DNA of 63,336 bases, the filler included, from Globobulimina sp. (taxonomy: Eukaryota), in NCBI GenBank assembly GCA_003354225.1. It is 32 parts of 32 records of this genome, joined end to end, with 100 filler letters (N's around TTAATTAATTAA, not from the genome) between each part and the next. Parts side by side here need not be neighbours in the genome. Positions count along the whole stretch, not along the records: positions 61,457 to 63,336 come from PIVH01010952.1; 31 more parts are not named here. One strand, 5' to 3'. The position numbers were made by a program, and so were the translations under genes. Below the pieces are notes generated by a model that saw nothing but the letters and a program-made list of their open reading frames with translations, had not been told where the DNA came from and did no database searches. This document shows, piece after piece, positions 61,457-63,336 of this stretch. Positions within the stretch are counted from its first letter, which is position 1. Each line of letters starts with the position of its first letter.

Positions 61457-63336
61457 CCGTTAGCTCGTAAAAAATAAAAAGTATTCACACTTGCAAGAAC
61501 TTGAAATAAAAAAAAGCATCTCAATCGGTGCTTATCTGGATCATCACCAAAAATTGAATATAAATCATGATCCTGTTCGAATTCAGTCACATTATCAATT
61601 GTATAATTACTGAATTGTAAATTATTGCAATAAACTCTATCCTGCGCCTTCAGTTCATCTAACACTACAAATAATTGTGGTCCTCTATTTTTCACAATTG
61701 ACAATTTAAAATTAGGCGCAGGTATGTAACCGTGATGTCGTTGGTCTTGAAAAAGCTTATATGACATACGAGCAATATCAATGTAATATGTCTTGATAAG
61801 ACATCTGAATTTTAATAGTTTATCAGTTGTAATCATAGCCACTGCATCCTGGTATTTCCACTCACAAACATACCATGCTGTATGTTTAAAATATCCCTGG
61901 AATTTACATACAGGGGTTATGCCAATTGCGTGACCTGTAATAATAAATATGCAAAACACAACAAACAGAAACGAAAAACAGTTAGCCATTATGTAAACAT
62001 TAAAAGTTTGAGTTGAACAGTTTTTCAGTGACTGTGTAAAATGATGAATGTACATACCCTGCAAAGCGTAGACTGTTTCAACTGGTATGTCATTGACAAA
62101 TAATGCAGGGTCCAAATACATTGTATATTCTTTGTCGCCATATTTCACGATGGGTCTGTCGGGATTTTCATTATATTCACGAATCAAAGCAAGCCAATGG
62201 TGTAAACTTACGCAAACAAACTGTTCATCCTCGCAAACAAATGACAATCCAATCGGAAATATATTATCATGCGACATCTTTTTCTCATTATAATCCAATG
62301 ATTGAATTGCTACCACGCATATACTATCCACGTCGCCAAACGCACTAAATCCTTTTGCAAATATTTTGTTTGCAAATCCTTTGCCATCACAATTTGGCCG
62401 AACAAGCGAAGTTATTATTTGTTTCTCTTCATCAATTTTATAAGGTTTATAATTTGGTGCAGATACCATATGATCCACAAACTGACATACTACCTTCGGT
62501 CCTGTTAAGACAACAGAATAAATTTCATTTTCAGCTTGAGTAAGTTTTCGATTTTGCGCAGCAGCAATGTTAACCATGGTGACCATCTCAGGCAACTCAT
62601 TATCAATGAATTGAACCAATTTTTCTCTGCACGTTTCTTGAGATGTCATTTTCGGAAAAATATGTCTCAAATCCGCATATTGTGGAGAAGCAATAAAAAA
62701 ATTATCATGCTTTCGATTGATTGCACGAATTGCTTCATCACTAATACAATAATGCCCCTTTAACCAAATATTGGTATCAATCCATCGTTCATCCCTTGAC
62801 AATTTATATCGAGCCAAATGTTTCAATCTGTTTAAAATAACTTGCTTTACATATAATTTGTCAATAAAATCATTATCAAATCGTTTTTGTCTATAATCGA
62901 TATGTTTGAAATGCTCCGTTATAATATCAAAAACAGCCACAGATCGATCATAATTATCTTTTGCTGATGGTACTATATGCATAAATATAGCAAATATCTC
63001 CTCAAATATTTTGGTTGACTCAACATATGATCTCTGTTCGTTGACAACCGACACATCCCAATAAAATGTATCCCAATCATTTATATGTACTGGATCTCTG
63101 ACAGTGCCATTTGAATCTGTCAATGTTATGGCATTATGTGCAATATTGTTTACCTCCCATTGTTTTCGTTGATACACAATATTATCGCCATGGCACAATA
63201 GTATTGATCCAAATGATTTAATTGATGCTTGTACATACTTTCCATCATAAGGAGAAAAGTAATAAATCATACCCTTTTGAGAAATAAATAAAATCAAAAC
63301 ACAAAATATTTTCATGCCAATTGCGATCAAAGCCCG
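61457..63336 (-). CDS. RAG1/Transib-like DDE transposase-related protein (both ends truncated; in-frame intron 61935-62057)
   Basis: VRPNCDGKG...SHDNIFPIGLSFVCEDE...FVND...G...YVC...VVLDELK parallels the RAG1 core VKESCDGMG...SELCCKPLCLMLADESD...GYDEK...YIC...SIDALH. Confidence 0.5.

Noticed and set aside
1-63336. Alternative genetic code suggested by fragmented ORFs
   Set aside because: The breaks are explained by GT-AG introns. TAA, TAG and TGA all end recognisable genes, and long ORFs read through in the standard code.
1-63336. Gene-neighbourhood system linking the H3-like gene, the PHD-MTase and the Transib-like gene
   Set aside because: They lie on separate size-sorted contigs, so co-occurrence in this window is not evidence of a shared system.

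Overview
This window is not one continuous locus. It is 32 short contigs (1,880-1,884 bp, sorted by decreasing size) joined by artificial N44-TTAATTAATTAA-N44 spacers, so adjacency across a spacer carries no biological meaning. Most contigs come from an AT-rich protist nuclear genome with short GT-AG introns and the standard code; the gene content and style suggest a rhizarian/foraminiferan, which is my inference. At least three contig ends switch abruptly into bacterial genes (argD, a DHOD-like flavoprotein, a small GTPase), as expected for whole-genome-amplification chimeras. Recognisable genes include a BCCT transporter, two Exo84-like proteins, MetAP2, mitochondrial Hsp70, a GDAP2-like protein, a TLDc protein, a divergent Hsp70, an RCC1-repeat protein, a DEAD-box helicase, eIF4E, an SCP/FCP1-type phosphatase, SulP/SLC26, an EXD2-like exonuclease and a Ty3/gypsy pol fragment. 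The best leads are: (1) an intron-containing RAG1/Transib-like DDE protein (61457-63336); (2) a PHD-finger plus N6-adenine-methyltransferase-like fusion with an altered catalytic motif (28186-29653); (3) a histone H3-like tail with K9I/K36I-type substitutions in a contig of small virus-like ORFs (7937-9820); (4) an intron-rich bacterial-type BCCT gene with an 8-nt micro-exon; and (5) a palindromic contig with duplicated TPK-like EF-hand ends around a head-to-head paralog pair. All family calls come from motif recognition by eye; no database search was run.
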